A stretch of DNA of 64,000 bases, taken from positions 1-64,000 of the forward strand of contig JBFMGU010000009.1 of assembly GCA_040752415.1 (NCBI GenBank), read 5' to 3'. Below the pieces are notes generated by a model. That model was not told the DNA's origin. It saw only the letters and a list, made by a program, of their open reading frames with translations, and did no database searches. A program made the translations under genes and the position numbers. Position 1 is the first letter of the stretch. Each line of letters starts with the position of its first letter. Shown here one piece after another: positions 29,374 to 41,607 of this stretch. This DNA comes from Myxococcota bacterium. Its GTDB lineage: Bacteria > Myxococcota > JACRCW01.

Positions 29374-31308
29374 ATGGCGACGCGCATCGAGCATGTTGTG
29401 CGACGGGGGACGTGTGTCTTTGCGTCCTCCCTCATCACCCTGGCCCTGGCGGGGCCGGCGCATGCCGCAACCTTTCCGCAGGACCAGGAGTGGAGCCCGT
29501 TGATGCAGGACGGAGAGCCGTTGGGCGACGTGGTGGGCGACGGGCCCAGTGGCGGCCGCGACGTGGTGGGCGACGCGCAATACCCCGCAGCCTACATCCT
29601 CTACGACGGCGTGGACTTCTTCGTCCGGCTTCGTCTCAATGACGACCCGTCGCACAACAAGGGGCTGAGCCCCAGCGGCTGGGGTCTGCTCATCGACACC
29701 GACGCGGACTTCAACGACTACGAGTTCAGCCTCATGGCGGACGGCATCACCGACACGGTGGAGTTTGCCCAGAATGAGCGCCAGCAGGACATCGGGTCGT
29801 CACAGGATGTCGCGGAGATCCTGCTCGCCAGCTACCCATGGCAGCCGGACGTGAACGGGCGCGTGGTGACCGCGGACTCCCAGTTTGGCGGCGACGCCGA
29901 CTACTTCCTGGACTTCGCCATTCCGTTCTCCGACCTCGAAGCAGCGGGCATTGACGCCGACACGACCCTCATGCTGTTCGCCGGCGCATCCAACAACGGC
30001 CGTTCCATCACGGTGGACCTGGCAGGCAGCGACACGCTCTCGCTCTCACCCGACACCGGCAGCGAGCCCACCACGCCCGGCGACACCGGCACGGACACCG
30101 ACGGAGACGGGCTCTCCGACGCGGTGGAGAACGCGCTGGGCACCAACCCCAACAACCCCGACTCCGACGGCGACGGCATCGGTGATGGCGCCGAGACCAA
30201 CGGCGGCTCCGCCATTGACTCCGACGGTGATGGCACCATCGACGCACTGGACGCCGACAGCGACAACGACACGGTTCCCGACGCCACCGAGGGCGCCACC
30301 GACTCCGACGTGGACGGCGTGCCCGACTACCGGGACTCCGACGACGACGGCGACGGCATCAGCACGGCGGTGGAGCTGGATGACTCGGGCACGTGGGGCG
30401 CGGACACCGACACCGACGTCACGCCCAACTACCTTGACACCGACTCCGACGGTGACGGGACCCCTGGCGCGGTCGAGGGCCGCGGCGACACCGACGGCGA
30501 CGCCACGCCCAACTACGTGGACGCCAATGACTCCGACGGTCCGCTGGGCGACCCCGACGGCGACGGCCTGACCAACCAGGACGAGGCCGCGCTGGGCACG
30601 GACCCGAACAACCCCGACACCGACGGTGACGGCCTCCCCGACGGCTACGAGGCGGACAAGGGCCTGGACCCGCTCAACCCGGACACCGACGGTGACGGCT
30701 TCACCGACGGCGAGGAAGTCCAGAACGGCACCGACCCGCAGGATCCCAACGACTACCCCGGCGCGACCTCCAGCTCGTCGTCATCTGGCGCGGTGGGCTC
30801 TTCCGGTGGTCCGCTCCAGGGCGCGGTGTCCAGCAGCGGCGGTCCCACCTCCTCCAGCGCCAGCACCGCGGCGTCCACTTCCAGCAGCGCGTCGTCATCA
30901 TCGTCTTCCTCTTCGTCGTCCTCCTCCAGCAGCTCGTCCTCGTCGTCCTCATCCAGCAGCTCGTCTTCGTCCTCCAGCAGCTCCTCGTCGTCATCCGGGG
31001 GCGGAGCCCCGCTCACCGACCCGGTGTTCGCGGTGGACAGTCTGCTGGCCGGTGAGCGGACGCTGGGCGTGGGCCAGGGTCCTTCCACGTCGTCGTCCGC
31101 GTCCTCTTCCTCGGGCGGCTACATCGACCCCAATGAAGGCAACGATGAGGGCGGTGGTGGCAGCGCGGCCACGCCGCCGCCGACGGAGGAGGGCACCACG
31201 CCGGAGGGCTGTGGCTGCGCCACCTCGCTCAACGAAACGCCGCTGGCGGTGCCCGCCATGGTGATGGCCCTGGTCATCCTGCGACGGCGCCGCTTCCTCC
31301 GCGGCTGA
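29374..31308 (+). CDS. Cell-surface protein with Ca-binding DxDGDG (TSP3-like) repeats, poly-Ser linker and MYXO-CTERM-like tail
   Basis: Signal peptide; many DTDGDG repeats; GCGC + hydrophobic helix + RRRR C-terminus. Confidence 0.88.
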   Translation: MATRIEHVVRRGTCVFASSLITLALAGPAHAATFPQDQEWSPLMQDGEPLGDVVGDGPSGGRDVVGDAQYPAAYILYDGVDFFVRLRLNDDPSHNKGLSPSGWGLLIDTDADFNDYEFSLMADGITDTVEFAQNERQQDIGSSQDVAEILLASYPWQPDVNGRVVTADSQFGGDADYFLDFAIPFSDLEAAGIDADTTLMLFAGASNNGRSITVDLAGSDTLSLSPDTGSEPTTPGDTGTDTDGDGLSDAVENALGTNPNNPDSDGDGIGDGAETNGGSAIDSDGDGTIDALDADSDNDTVPDATEGATDSDVDGVPDYRDSDDDGDGISTAVELDDSGTWGADTDTDVTPNYLDTDSDGDGTPGAVEGRGDTDGDATPNYVDANDSDGPLGDPDGDGLTNQDEAALGTDPNNPDTDGDGLPDGYEADKGLDPLNPDTDGDGFTDGEEVQNGTDPQDPNDYPGATSSSSSSGAVGSSGGPLQGAVSSSGGPTSSSASTAASTSSSASSSSSSSSSSSSSSSSSSSSSSSSSSSSSSSSSSSGGGAPLTDPVFAVDSLLAGERTLGVGQGPSTSSSASSSSGGYIDPNEGNDEGGGGSAATPPPTEEGTTPEGCGCATSLNETPLAVPAMVMALVILRRRRFLRG

Positions 31309-31361
31309 CGTCCCCGGTGCCGCTGCTCGCGCCATCCTCGTCGCGCGGGTAGGATCACGGC

Positions 31362-31553
31362 ATGGCCTGGGACCTGGAACCCAAAGGGGAACATCTCCGC
31401 AAGGCGCTGCAGTGGCTCAGTGACCGTCGACGTGAAGAGCCCACGGCGCCCCTGGCGCGACTCCTGGACGAAGCGGGGATGCAGTTCGATCTCACGCCGG
31501 CCGAGCAGGAATACCTCTACCGCAGCCTCAAACAGGGCGACGCGCCGGGGTGA
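31362..31553 (+). CDS. Small hypothetical protein (63 aa)
   Basis: AGGA RBS; PKGEHLRKALQWLSD...EAGMQFDLTP; natural-looking helical protein. Confidence 0.7.
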   Translation: MAWDLEPKGEHLRKALQWLSDRRREEPTAPLARLLDEAGMQFDLTPAEQEYLYRSLKQGDAPG

Positions 31554-31721
31554 GACTCCGCGGGCGCCCGTCGTGCTCCGCCCCGTCAGCACGCATTGGG
31601 TCCGTCCATTCTCTTCCAGCATCGGTCGGCGAGCGGCCACCCGGGCGTCACGCTGGACCGGGTCGCGGGGAGTGTTGAATACTCGGCGCCCGCATCGAAC
31701 CCGACGTCAACGGAGAGCCGA

Positions 31722-32201
31722 ATGATCAAGGGATTGCACGGGATGTTCTACACCTCGGAGCCGGAAGCCATGCGCGCGTTCCTCCGCGACAAGCTGCAGC
31801 TCCCGCACATCGACACCGGCGGCGGCTGGCTGCTGTTCGCGTTCCCCGAGGCGGACGTGGGCTGTCATCCAACCGAAGGAGACCCGGAGTCCGGCACGCA
31901 CAACATCTCCTTCTTCTGCGACGACATCCACAAGACCGTGGCCGAGCTGAAGGGTCGCGGCGTGGAGTTTGACGACGACATCAACGACCAGGGCTACGGA
32001 TTCACCATCCACTTCACCATGCCGGGCAACGTGCAGGTGCAGCTCTACCAGCCCAAGTATCCCAAGCCGTCCGCGGTGCTGTTCGGGAAGAAGTCCGCGC
32101 CGCGCAAGAAGGCCGCGGCCAGGAAGAAGGCGCCCGCGCGCAAGAAGGCTCCGGCGAAGAAGAAGGCGGCCAAGGGTCGCGCCAAGGCACGTCGTCGCTG
32201 A
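31722..32201 (+). CDS. VOC/glyoxalase family protein with histone H1-like Lys/Ala tail
   Basis: GGGWLLF, CDDIHKTVAEL, DQGYG, LYQP; tail KKAAARKKAPARKKAPAKKK. Confidence 0.85.
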   Translation: MIKGLHGMFYTSEPEAMRAFLRDKLQLPHIDTGGGWLLFAFPEADVGCHPTEGDPESGTHNISFFCDDIHKTVAELKGRGVEFDDDINDQGYGFTIHFTMPGNVQVQLYQPKYPKPSAVLFGKKSAPRKKAAARKKAPARKKAPAKKKAAKGRAKARRR

Positions 32202-32218
32202 AACGGACGCGGTGAGCC

Positions 32219-33835
32219 TTGAGCAATCCCACCGACGTCATCCTGCAATACCACCAGCGGACCAAGCACCACTTCCACGCGTATGCCGCGGGCCCGGGGC
32301 GCCTGTCCTGGGCCACCCAGCCCGACCCCTTCCGTCGCTACGACGGCGCTCCCCAGGTTCCACTGCCGCGCCTGCCTGAGCGCCACCAGCCCACCTTCGC
32401 CGCCCTCCCCGCGCCACCGACGAGCGTGGAGCCCGTGACGCTGGAGACCATCTCGCGCCTGTTCCGCAACGCCCTCGCCGTCTCGGCGTGGAAGCGCCAC
32501 CAGGCCAGCCGCTGGGCGCTGCGGGTGAATCCCTCCAGCGGCAACCTGCACCCCACGGAGTGCTACCTCATCACCGACGACCTCGACGCGGCATGTCCCG
32601 CGGGGGTGTATCACTACGCTCCCAAGGAGCATCTGCTGGAGCGGCGCGGCGTGGTGACGTCGGAGGGATACCGCGCGCTGACGGCGGGATTCGCTCCGGG
32701 GACCATGCTGGTGGCGCTCTCATCCATCCCGTGGCGGGAGGCGTGGAAATACGGCGAGCGCGCGTTCCGCTACTGCCAACACGACGTGGGCCACGCCCTC
32801 GCCGCGCTCCGCTACTCCGCGAGGATCCTGGGTTGGCATCTGCAACTCCTGGACACCATCTCCGACGACACCATCCGCTCGCTCGCCGGGCTGGACGCGG
32901 GCGGCTTCCATCCGCAGGAGCCGGAGTACCCGGAGCTGCTCTGCGCGTTGCTCCCGCACGGAAGCGGGCCGCAACCGGGACCGCTCGTCGTCGACGGGTG
33001 GCGGCCGGCCTGGCAGGGGACACCCAACGTGCTCAGCGCGGGGCATCACCCCTGGCCCGTCGTCGACGAGGCGGCACGGGCCTCCGAGGCGCCCCCGCGA
33101 CCTCCCGTCGGCGCGTTGCCGCCCAACGTCATTACCTCCGCGGTTTCCCTGCCCGACGACGTGCTGCCCGCGGAGCGCATCATCCAACGTCGTCGGAGCG
33201 CCACCGACTTTGACGGCGTCACCTCCATCACAAAGGAACAGCTCTGGAGGATGTTGTCGCGCACGTTGACGGCCGCCGGTGCGCCACCGTGGGACGTGTT
33301 GGCAGGAACGGTGATGGCCGAGCCGCGTGTCCACCTCGTGCTCTTCGTCCATCGCGTCGTGGGGATGCATCCCGGGGTGTACCTGCTACTGCGTCGTGCT
33401 GACGACGAGGAAGCCCTGCGCAAGGCCACCCGCCCGGAGTTCCTGTGGGAGGCCGTGCCCGGTTGTCCCCTGCCACTCTTCCTGCTGCTCCCCGCCGACA
33501 CCCGCGACGCGGCGCGCGCCATCGGCTGTCACCAGGACATTGCCGCCGACGGCGCATTCTCGCTGGGAATGATCGCGCGCTACGACGAGCCCATCCGCAC
33601 CCACGGCGCGTGGCTCTACCGTCGTCTCTTCTGGGAGGCGGGCGTGATCGGCCAGGTGCTCTACCTGGAGGCGGAGGCGTGCCGGGTGCGGGCCACCGGC
33701 ATGGGCTGCTTCTTTGACGACGGGATGCACCAGCTCCTGGGCTTCTCCGACGCCACGTTCCAGGACCTGTACCACCTGGCAGTGGGCGGACCGGTGGAGG
33801 ACACGCGCATCACCACCGAGCCCGCGTATCCCTGA
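32219..33835 (+). CDS. SagB/ThcOx-family double nitroreductase-domain protein
   Basis: YHQRTKH, LRVNPSSGNLHPTE, WKYGERAFRY, RRRSA, GMGCFFDD. Confidence 0.9.
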   Translation: MSNPTDVILQYHQRTKHHFHAYAAGPGRLSWATQPDPFRRYDGAPQVPLPRLPERHQPTFAALPAPPTSVEPVTLETISRLFRNALAVSAWKRHQASRWALRVNPSSGNLHPTECYLITDDLDAACPAGVYHYAPKEHLLERRGVVTSEGYRALTAGFAPGTMLVALSSIPWREAWKYGERAFRYCQHDVGHALAALRYSARILGWHLQLLDTISDDTIRSLAGLDAGGFHPQEPEYPELLCALLPHGSGPQPGPLVVDGWRPAWQGTPNVLSAGHHPWPVVDEAARASEAPPRPPVGALPPNVITSAVSLPDDVLPAERIIQRRRSATDFDGVTSITKEQLWRMLSRTLTAAGAPPWDVLAGTVMAEPRVHLVLFVHRVVGMHPGVYLLLRRADDEEALRKATRPEFLWEAVPGCPLPLFLLLPADTRDAARAIGCHQDIAADGAFSLGMIARYDEPIRTHGAWLYRRLFWEAGVIGQVLYLEAEACRVRATGMGCFFDDGMHQLLGFSDATFQDLYHLAVGGPVEDTRITTEPAYP

Positions 33836-33838
33836 CGG

Positions 33839-35485
33839 TCACGGCGCGTACGCGTAGCGGTACCGTCGCTGCACGCCGTCCCACGCCTCGTAGAAGATGT
33901 GCGCGGCTCCGCTCGACGTCACGCGGAGGGTCGCGTCGTAACCACGCATCTGGGTGTCCGGCACGCTGTAACGCCAGCTCCCGCTCACCTGGCGGAGCAC
34001 GCGCGTCTCGCGCACGTCGGCGCAACCCGAGGGAGGGCAGTGCTCGTAGAGGATGTTCGGGCGGTCCTGCCCGTCCAGCTCCAGGCGCGCGGCGAACACC
34101 GGCCCATCCAGCCGGGTCATGGTCCACCCGCCGCCCAGGCGCACCGCGTACCGCAGCTCGCGCGCGGTGGGATCGTTGGCGTCGACGGCGTCGTGGACCC
34201 AGAGCAGATGCGTCCGCCCTTGCGAGTCCACCTTCACGTCGAGCGCGTCAATGTAGTCCCAGGGTTCAGGCCCGGACTGTCCCGCCACCTGCACCGGCTC
34301 CCACGTGACGCTGGTCCCGGAGAGCACGGCGTGCTGCAGCGTCCGGTTGGTCTCGCCCACCACGCGCACGTCGCCGTAGCGGGACACCGCCAGGCGCAGG
34401 AAGAGGTTCACGCCGTCGTCAAACCAGCCGCCCGTCCACAGCGCCATCTGCGCGGAGGCGCCCTCCGTGGGCCCCGACCAGGGACCGCGCACCGCGTAAT
34501 AGTAGTGGGACCCGTTGGCCTCGGTGATGTCGGTGGGGTTGTAATAGATGGCGTGGATGTTGTTGGAGCCATCCACCGCCAGCTGCACCAGGTGATCGTG
34601 ATCGTAGGCATCATGTCCCTGCTGGCCCACGTACTCGGTGTACACCGTTTCCCCGTCGAGAACGTTGATGTACGGCAGGTGCGCGTTGCCGGAGTTCCAG
34701 AAGAACACCGTGTCCTGGCTGTCCAGCGCGATCTGGATGGTGGCGAAGTACTCCGAGTAGACGTTGAGCGGGACGTGGGTCCAACCCTGGCTGCTGCGGA
34801 AGACGAAGCGCACGTACGGATTTCCTCCCTCGCGCATCTGGTAGATGACCCGCGGCTGCTCGGCGGAATCCAGCGCCATGTCCTGCGCCTCCAGCCACTG
34901 GTTGGGATCGGTGTCCACCTCCATGGGCACCGATTCAATGGTCCAGCTGCGGGATTCCGTGGTCAGCGTGGCGCGCGGCGGGAGCGGAGAGCCGCTGCTC
35001 GAGGAGGCGCTGCTACTGGAAAACGCTCCGCCCGACGAGCTCGACGACGGCGCGGGACAGGTCACGTTCCCCCCCTGCGCGTCGTAGCAGTACTGGCACG
35101 CGGCCTGGAAGCAACCGGGCTCGCTGCATCCCGCGCCGCCGCAGTCGGGGTCGGGGGCGCCGCAGCCGCAGTCGCATCCGTCGCCGCCGCCCTGGTAGCT
35201 GGGAGTGCAATGCCACTGGCCGCTGCCGCTGGAGGACGAGCCGGCCACGTTTCCCGACGATGAAGCCGCGCTCGACGCGCCTCCGCCCGACGTCGAGCCA
35301 CCCGACGAGCTCGCCCCACCCGACGATCCTCCCGTGGAACCGCCAACGTCACCCGACGACGACGCATTGCCGGCATTGCCATTGTACGTGGACGTGCTGC
35401 CCGAGCTCCCGCGGGAGTCCCGCGTGCCGCCGCCGCACCCCGCCAGGACCAGCGCCACCAGGAAACCGGGTGTGATTGCCTTCAT
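33839..35485 (-). CDS. Lipoprotein with Ser/Gly linkers, Cys-rich DCGCGxxDPDC module and propeller-like C-terminal domain
   Basis: LAGC lipobox; repeated (L/V)D-x-x-x-x-H/P blade motifs. Confidence 0.8.
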   Translation of the reverse strand: MKAITPGFLVALVLAGCGGGTRDSRGSSGSTSTYNGNAGNASSSGDVGGSTGGSSGGASSSGGSTSGGGASSAASSSGNVAGSSSSGSGQWHCTPSYQGGGDGCDCGCGAPDPDCGGAGCSEPGCFQAACQYCYDAQGGNVTCPAPSSSSSGGAFSSSSASSSSGSPLPPRATLTTESRSWTIESVPMEVDTDPNQWLEAQDMALDSAEQPRVIYQMREGGNPYVRFVFRSSQGWTHVPLNVYSEYFATIQIALDSQDTVFFWNSGNAHLPYINVLDGETVYTEYVGQQGHDAYDHDHLVQLAVDGSNNIHAIYYNPTDITEANGSHYYYAVRGPWSGPTEGASAQMALWTGGWFDDGVNLFLRLAVSRYGDVRVVGETNRTLQHAVLSGTSVTWEPVQVAGQSGPEPWDYIDALDVKVDSQGRTHLLWVHDAVDANDPTARELRYAVRLGGGWTMTRLDGPVFAARLELDGQDRPNILYEHCPPSGCADVRETRVLRQVSGSWRYSVPDTQMRGYDATLRVTSSGAAHIFYEAWDGVQRRYRYAYAP

Positions 35486-35585
35486 GGCCACTCCTTGTGC
35501 GCGCGCAATGTAGCGCGGGTCCGCGCGCCGCGCCTTCCGTCCACGCCGTGTGCCAGGATGACGCCCACTGCCGGGGGAGCACACC

Positions 35586-36590
35586 ATGCGTCGCAGCGTC
35601 GTTCCATTCGTGGTTTTCGTTGTCATGGGACTGTTGTCGTCGTGTCGCGGCCCCACGCGTGCGCCGGAGCAACGGGCCTGGGCCCTGGCGCTCCACGGCG
35701 GTGCGGGCACCATCCCCAAGGACCTGCCGGCGGACGTGAAGGACGCGTATACGGCCTCCCTGCGCGCGGCGCTGACGCTGGGTCGGGACCTGCTGGAGCA
35801 GGGCGCGCCGGGCCTCGACGTCGTGGAGAGAGTGGTGCGACTCATGGAGGACGACCCGCTCTTCAACGCCGGCAAGGGCGCCGTGTTCAACCACGACGGA
35901 GCGCATGAGCTGGATGCGGCGATCATGGACGGGAAGGACCTGCGCTGCGGCGCGGTGGCGGGAGCGCGAACCGTGAGGAACCCCATCTCGCTCGCGCGGC
36001 TCGTGATGGAGCGGACCCCGCACGTGCTCCTCGTGGGAAGCGGCGCCGACGCGTTCGCCGCAGCCATGGGGGTGGAGCAGGTGCCGCAGGAGTACTTCTT
36101 CGTGCAGCGTCGTTACGACCAGTGGCGGGAGGCGCTGGCGCGGGAGCGCGGTGATGGCGGCGTGGCGCTCGACGACGGCGGCAAGAAGGGAACGGTGGGC
36201 GTGGTGGTGCTGGATCGGAACGGCAACCTGGCGGCCGCCACGTCGACGGGTGGGCTCACCAACAAGCGCTACGGGCGCGTGGGCGACTCACCCATCATTG
36301 GCGCCGGCACCTACGCCAACAACCGCACCGTGGCCATCTCCGCCACCGGCACCGGCGAGGAATTCATCCGTCACGGCGTGGCGCGCGACATCTCCGCGCT
36401 CATGGAATACCGCGCCCTTTCCGTCGGAGAAGCCGCGCGGCAGGTGGTGCACGGGAGGCTCAAGCCCGGCGACGGCGGCATCATTGCCGTGGACCGATGG
36501 GGCAACGTGGCGCTGGTGTTCAACACCACCGGCATGTACCGCGGCGCCGCCGACTCGACGGGCCGGTTCGACGTGGCCATCTGGGAGTGA
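35586..36590 (+). CDS. iaaA: Isoaspartyl peptidase / plant-type L-asparaginase (Ntn hydrolase), probably a lipoprotein
   Basis: LHGGAG, FNAGKG, GTVG (nucleophile Thr), ATSTGG, GRVGDSP, TGTGE. Confidence 0.93.
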   Translation: MRRSVVPFVVFVVMGLLSSCRGPTRAPEQRAWALALHGGAGTIPKDLPADVKDAYTASLRAALTLGRDLLEQGAPGLDVVERVVRLMEDDPLFNAGKGAVFNHDGAHELDAAIMDGKDLRCGAVAGARTVRNPISLARLVMERTPHVLLVGSGADAFAAAMGVEQVPQEYFFVQRRYDQWREALARERGDGGVALDDGGKKGTVGVVVLDRNGNLAAATSTGGLTNKRYGRVGDSPIIGAGTYANNRTVAISATGTGEEFIRHGVARDISALMEYRALSVGEAARQVVHGRLKPGDGGIIAVDRWGNVALVFNTTGMYRGAADSTGRFDVAIWE

Positions 36591-36593
36591 CGT

Positions 36594-37919
<1,326 letters not shown>

Positions 37920-37974
37920 GGTCAGCTCCACACCGCGAAGTCTGGGACAACGCATCGGCCACGGCAATCCCACA

Positions 37975-39045
37975 TCACGGCAGCACCCGCGACACCGCGG
38001 CCAGCAGCGCCCCCAGCGCCAGCATCACCACGCCACCCACCACGCCCACCGTCGTGAGCGTCAGGGCCACGGCCAACAGCGGGTATTGCGCCTGCTGGAA
38101 CAGGACGTAGTCGCGGTGGCGGATCCACCCCGTCAGGGGCCGGGTCTGCGCGCGCAGCGTCGGCTCGGAAACGGCGTACATGGACGCATACACCGCGCCG
38201 TACCCACTTCCCGCACCCACTCCGGCCAGCGCCAACAGGACCCCCGCCGCAGCGGTCAGCGCCCCCGCCGCAGGCAACAACACGCCAACCCACGACGTGG
38301 AACGTGCCGGTTCCTCCCGCGTGGCAACCGGAGGCGCGGGTGGCGGCGACGTCGGCGCGGGTGCGGTCAGGGCCAGGCGCACCTCGGTGGACTGCCCGGG
38401 GACCAGGTCAACCTCGACGGTGCGCGGCGGAATGCCCTCCCGTTTCACCGTGACCTGGTGGAGCCCTTCTCCCAGGTCCACCAACGTCAGCGGAGACTCG
38501 CCGCGCTCGCGTCCGTCGACGAGCACGGTGGCGGCGGTGGGGTCGGTGAGCACCAGCAGTCGCGTGGGCTTGGTGGGCCCCAGCAGGCGGCGCAACACCT
38601 GGCGCACCGCGCGGGTCAGGTTCGCGCGCTCCCGCGCCGCCAGCGTGGAATGCTGCGGCTGCGTCCCGCGCTCTGCGGTGAAGAGGGACACGGTGATTTC
38701 CGTCTGCGCCGCGGGCTTCACCGCCAGCCACAACATGGCGTCCACCTGCAATGTCCCCACCACGCGACCCAGGCATTTCTCGTCGAGGGTCTCGCAGTTG
38801 AGCGCCACCGCCAGCTCCTCGCTGGTGATCTGCGGCGCGTCCACCCAACGGTACCCGGCACTCCGCTCCACCTCGTTCCTCGCCGAGTCCGTGAGCTCCG
38901 TGAGCAGCGCCGGCGGGCACGCAGGGACGCAATCCACAATCGCGGTGATGGTGCGGACCAGCGTCTCTCCCGGGGAGCTCGTCGGCGGAGGCGCGCCGGC
39001 GGCAAGCAGCAGGATCCCCAGCGCAGACAGCATCGCGCGCATCAT
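37975..39045 (-). CDS. PEGA domain protein with C-terminal TM hairpin
   Basis: LVLTDPTAATVLVDG...GESP...GLHQVTVKREG. Confidence 0.85.
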   Translation of the reverse strand: MMRAMLSALGILLLAAGAPPPTSSPGETLVRTITAIVDCVPACPPALLTELTDSARNEVERSAGYRWVDAPQITSEELAVALNCETLDEKCLGRVVGTLQVDAMLWLAVKPAAQTEITVSLFTAERGTQPQHSTLAARERANLTRAVRQVLRRLLGPTKPTRLLVLTDPTAATVLVDGRERGESPLTLVDLGEGLHQVTVKREGIPPRTVEVDLVPGQSTEVRLALTAPAPTSPPPAPPVATREEPARSTSWVGVLLPAAGALTAAAGVLLALAGVGAGSGYGAVYASMYAVSEPTLRAQTRPLTGWIRHRDYVLFQQAQYPLLAVALTLTTVGVVGGVVMLALGALLAAVSRVLP

Positions 39046-39269
39046 CAGGCACATCTGTCCGTGCCGCAAACAAGGAGGCCAGGCTGACGCAGAACGCGCC
39101 GCATGGAGCACTCTGCATGTGCATCTCGCCCACCACGGACCGAGCCCCGCGCCCCGTGCGCGCGTAAGGTCCCGTGACGCGGGGGGTTCCTCCTCGGTGG
39201 GACGGGCTCCGCCCAGACGGCACGCGCAATGCTCAGGGTGGCGCTACAACCCTGGAAGGGAGGTGTCCC

Positions 39270-39797
39270 ATGACGTTCCGCATGACCTTGGACCGGATCC
39301 ACCGCATTTCCACCATGGCGGTCCTGGCGCTCATCCTCGCCATCTCCGTGGGCGTCCCGTGCGCGATGTTCCTCGCCAAGGGCGTGCCGGCGGTGGCGGC
39401 GTGGATGACCACGGGCATCATGGCGTTGACGCTGATGACGCTGGCGGTGGCCTGGGCCATGGCGCCGGTGGCGTTGCAGCTGAAGGGTGATGAGCTGCGC
39501 GTGCTGCGCCGGTGGTGGAGCCCCACGGTGTTCCGCCTCGCGGACATCGTCGACGCGTCGGTGGGTCCTTCACTGCGCGGCCGCTGCCTGCGCGTGGCGG
39601 GGACCGGCGGCTTCTTTGGGAGCTATGGGCTGTTCTGGGCGCGCAGCGTGGGCATGTTCCGCCTGTTTGCCACCCGCTGCGACCCCACCGTGCTCATCTC
39701 CCGTCGGAGCGGCCTGCCTCTGATGGCCACCCCCGACGAGCCCGAGCGCTTCGTGCAGGCGCTGCAGAGCTGGAAGGCCGCCGCGCGCATGGTGTGA
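39270..39797 (+). CDS. Membrane protein with bacterial PH domain
   Basis: GGAGG RBS; two TMs; RVAGTGGFFGSYG; TPDEPERF. Confidence 0.8.
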   Translation: MTFRMTLDRIHRISTMAVLALILAISVGVPCAMFLAKGVPAVAAWMTTGIMALTLMTLAVAWAMAPVALQLKGDELRVLRRWWSPTVFRLADIVDASVGPSLRGRCLRVAGTGGFFGSYGLFWARSVGMFRLFATRCDPTVLISRRSGLPLMATPDEPERFVQALQSWKAAARMV

Positions 39798-39804
39798 TCC
39801 GGGT

Positions 39805-39850
39805 GGGTGCCGGGAGAGGGGGTGATGCCACGCTGCCCTCCCCGGCACCC
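39805..39850. terminator. GC-rich hairpin between convergent genes
   Basis: GGGTGCCGGG...CCCGGCACCC. Confidence 0.55.
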
Positions 39851-39861
39851 TCTTTCCGTCG

Positions 39862-41607
39862 TCACCAGCTCGCGGGAAGCAACGCCCCCAGCGCCAGGTC
39901 CACCTTCCGCTTCAGCTCCATGACCCGGCTCTGCAGCACCAGGTCCACGCCCCCACCCGCCGCCAGCTGTTGATCCAGCTCCGCCGTCAGTCGCTGGTGG
40001 GCCTCGTGCACCACGCTGGCGGGCGCGTCGCGGGGAACGCCCAGCACCTCGCAGGGGTCCGTCAGTGCCTTGAGCCGCGTGTACAGCAGGAACACCGCGT
40101 CACGCGCCTGCTGCACCGCCGCGTCCGTCGTGGCCTCGTCCTCCAGGATGTCCAGGTCGTAGTCCGCCAGCGGGACCAGGCGCGGGTCGGAGATGTCCAG
40201 CTCGTCGTCCAGGAGGACTTCTTCCGCCAGCTCGCGCGGCGCGTCGGTGATGGTGGCCAGGCGGGTGTTCACCAGCACCATGGTCATCAGCGTGCCCATC
40301 AGCGTGCCCAGGCTGGTGCGGTTGCAGAACTCCTCCACCGTCTGCGCCCCGTCGATGAGCTCCGAGACGTCCAGCCCCTTCACGAACTGCTTGAGCCTGG
40401 GTGCCGCCATCTTCAGCGCCGGGCCGGGCTGCAGGTACTTCCGCGCCATCTCAAAGCCCTCGGCCAGCACGCGGTCCGGCGTCATGGTCCGCCGCTTGGC
40501 CTCGAAGATCAGGCCCAGCGGGTTGACCTTGAACAGGAGCGTGTCGTCGAGGAACGCCTTGTCCTCCTGGAACTGGTACTCACCGCCGCCGGCGCGGCAG
40601 AGCTGCATCACCTGCTCACGCACCAGGCCCAGCATGAACTGGTGGAGCGCCTGCGCCCGCAGCTGCCCGCCGTTGGCCAACGCGCCCAGCAGCTGTCCCT
40701 CCGGCACACGCGGCAGCGCTTCCACGCTCGGCACCAGCCCCTGCTCGACGAGACGCCGCGCCAGCCCCCCGTCGCCCTGCGGCGCCACCGCCCACACCGG
40801 GTAGCCGCGCAGGAAGAACATCACGGCGCTGCCCTGCCCATCCTGGATGGTGAGTCGACCGGTGAGCGCCTGGCTGAAGATCGCCACCAGCAAGGGCGGG
40901 CCGGCCTCATCCTCCAGCGTTCCCTCGAACAGCGGCCGCTTCGTCGACGTGGCGGGCACCACCGGGACGGGAGAAGGCACCGGCGTGCGCTCCTCCATCA
41001 GGTTCACGTCGGACGCCTCGTCCTCCGCCGCCTCCACGTCGATCTCGGGCTCCGGCGCGGGAGATGCGAGGCCTGGTGCGGGCTCTGTGAGGTCCAGGTC
41101 CACGTCCTCGGCGGCCACCGCCTCCTCGGCAACCTCGGCCACCTCCACGTCCTCGGCCGCCTCCACGGATTCCAACACGTCCACGTCCTCGGCGGCCGCC
41201 TCCACCTCCAGCTCCGCCTCGTCGTCGACGTCAAAAGCCTCCTCGAGCTCCGGGACCACCGCGCGGCGCACCAGGTCCGCGGCCTGCTCCGGCGTGGTTC
41301 CCGGCGCAAGCACCACCGCGTTGGGCCCCAGCTCGGTGGCCAGCAGCTCGGCGGGGGTGCGCGTGGCCAGCACGAACACGCGGATCCCCGGGTGACGACG
41401 ATCCGCCAGCGTGCACATGCTCCGCAGCGTGAAGTGGCGCTTCTCCTCGGTGGCCAACACCGCGCCAAACGCGGCCCGGCCCAGCGCGCTCATGGCGTGG
41501 AACGCGTCGGTGGTCTCCACGCAGGGCAGGGAGCGGGACGCCAGCGCGCGGCGTGCGTGGTAGCGACGCGTGTCATCACCCTCGACAAGCAGGACGGCCA
41601 CGCTCAA
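39862..41607 (-). CDS. Pseudo-receiver + acidic linker + DUF4388-like + degenerate J-domain protein
   Basis: VLLVEGD receiver start; TGRLTI...FFLRGYP; GEYQF; PCEVLGV C-terminus; start uncertain (TTG 41607). Confidence 0.75.
   Translation of the reverse strand: MSVAVLLVEGDDTRRYHARRALASRSLPCVETTDAFHAMSALGRAAFGAVLATEEKRHFTLRSMCTLADRRHPGIRVFVLATRTPAELLATELGPNAVVLAPGTTPEQAADLVRRAVVPELEEAFDVDDEAELEVEAAAEDVDVLESVEAAEDVEVAEVAEEAVAAEDVDLDLTEPAPGLASPAPEPEIDVEAAEDEASDVNLMEERTPVPSPVPVVPATSTKRPLFEGTLEDEAGPPLLVAIFSQALTGRLTIQDGQGSAVMFFLRGYPVWAVAPQGDGGLARRLVEQGLVPSVEALPRVPEGQLLGALANGGQLRAQALHQFMLGLVREQVMQLCRAGGGEYQFQEDKAFLDDTLLFKVNPLGLIFEAKRRTMTPDRVLAEGFEMARKYLQPGPALKMAAPRLKQFVKGLDVSELIDGAQTVEEFCNRTSLGTLMGTLMTMVLVNTRLATITDAPRELAEEVLLDDELDISDPRLVPLADYDLDILEDEATTDAAVQQARDAVFLLYTRLKALTDPCEVLGVPRDAPASVVHEAHQRLTAELDQQLAAGGGVDLVLQSRVMELKRKVDLALGALLPASW

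Noticed and set aside
32219..33835. RiPP (azole) biosynthetic cluster
   Set aside because: No YcaO, precursor peptide or transporter nearby; stand-alone SagB-like proteins are common.
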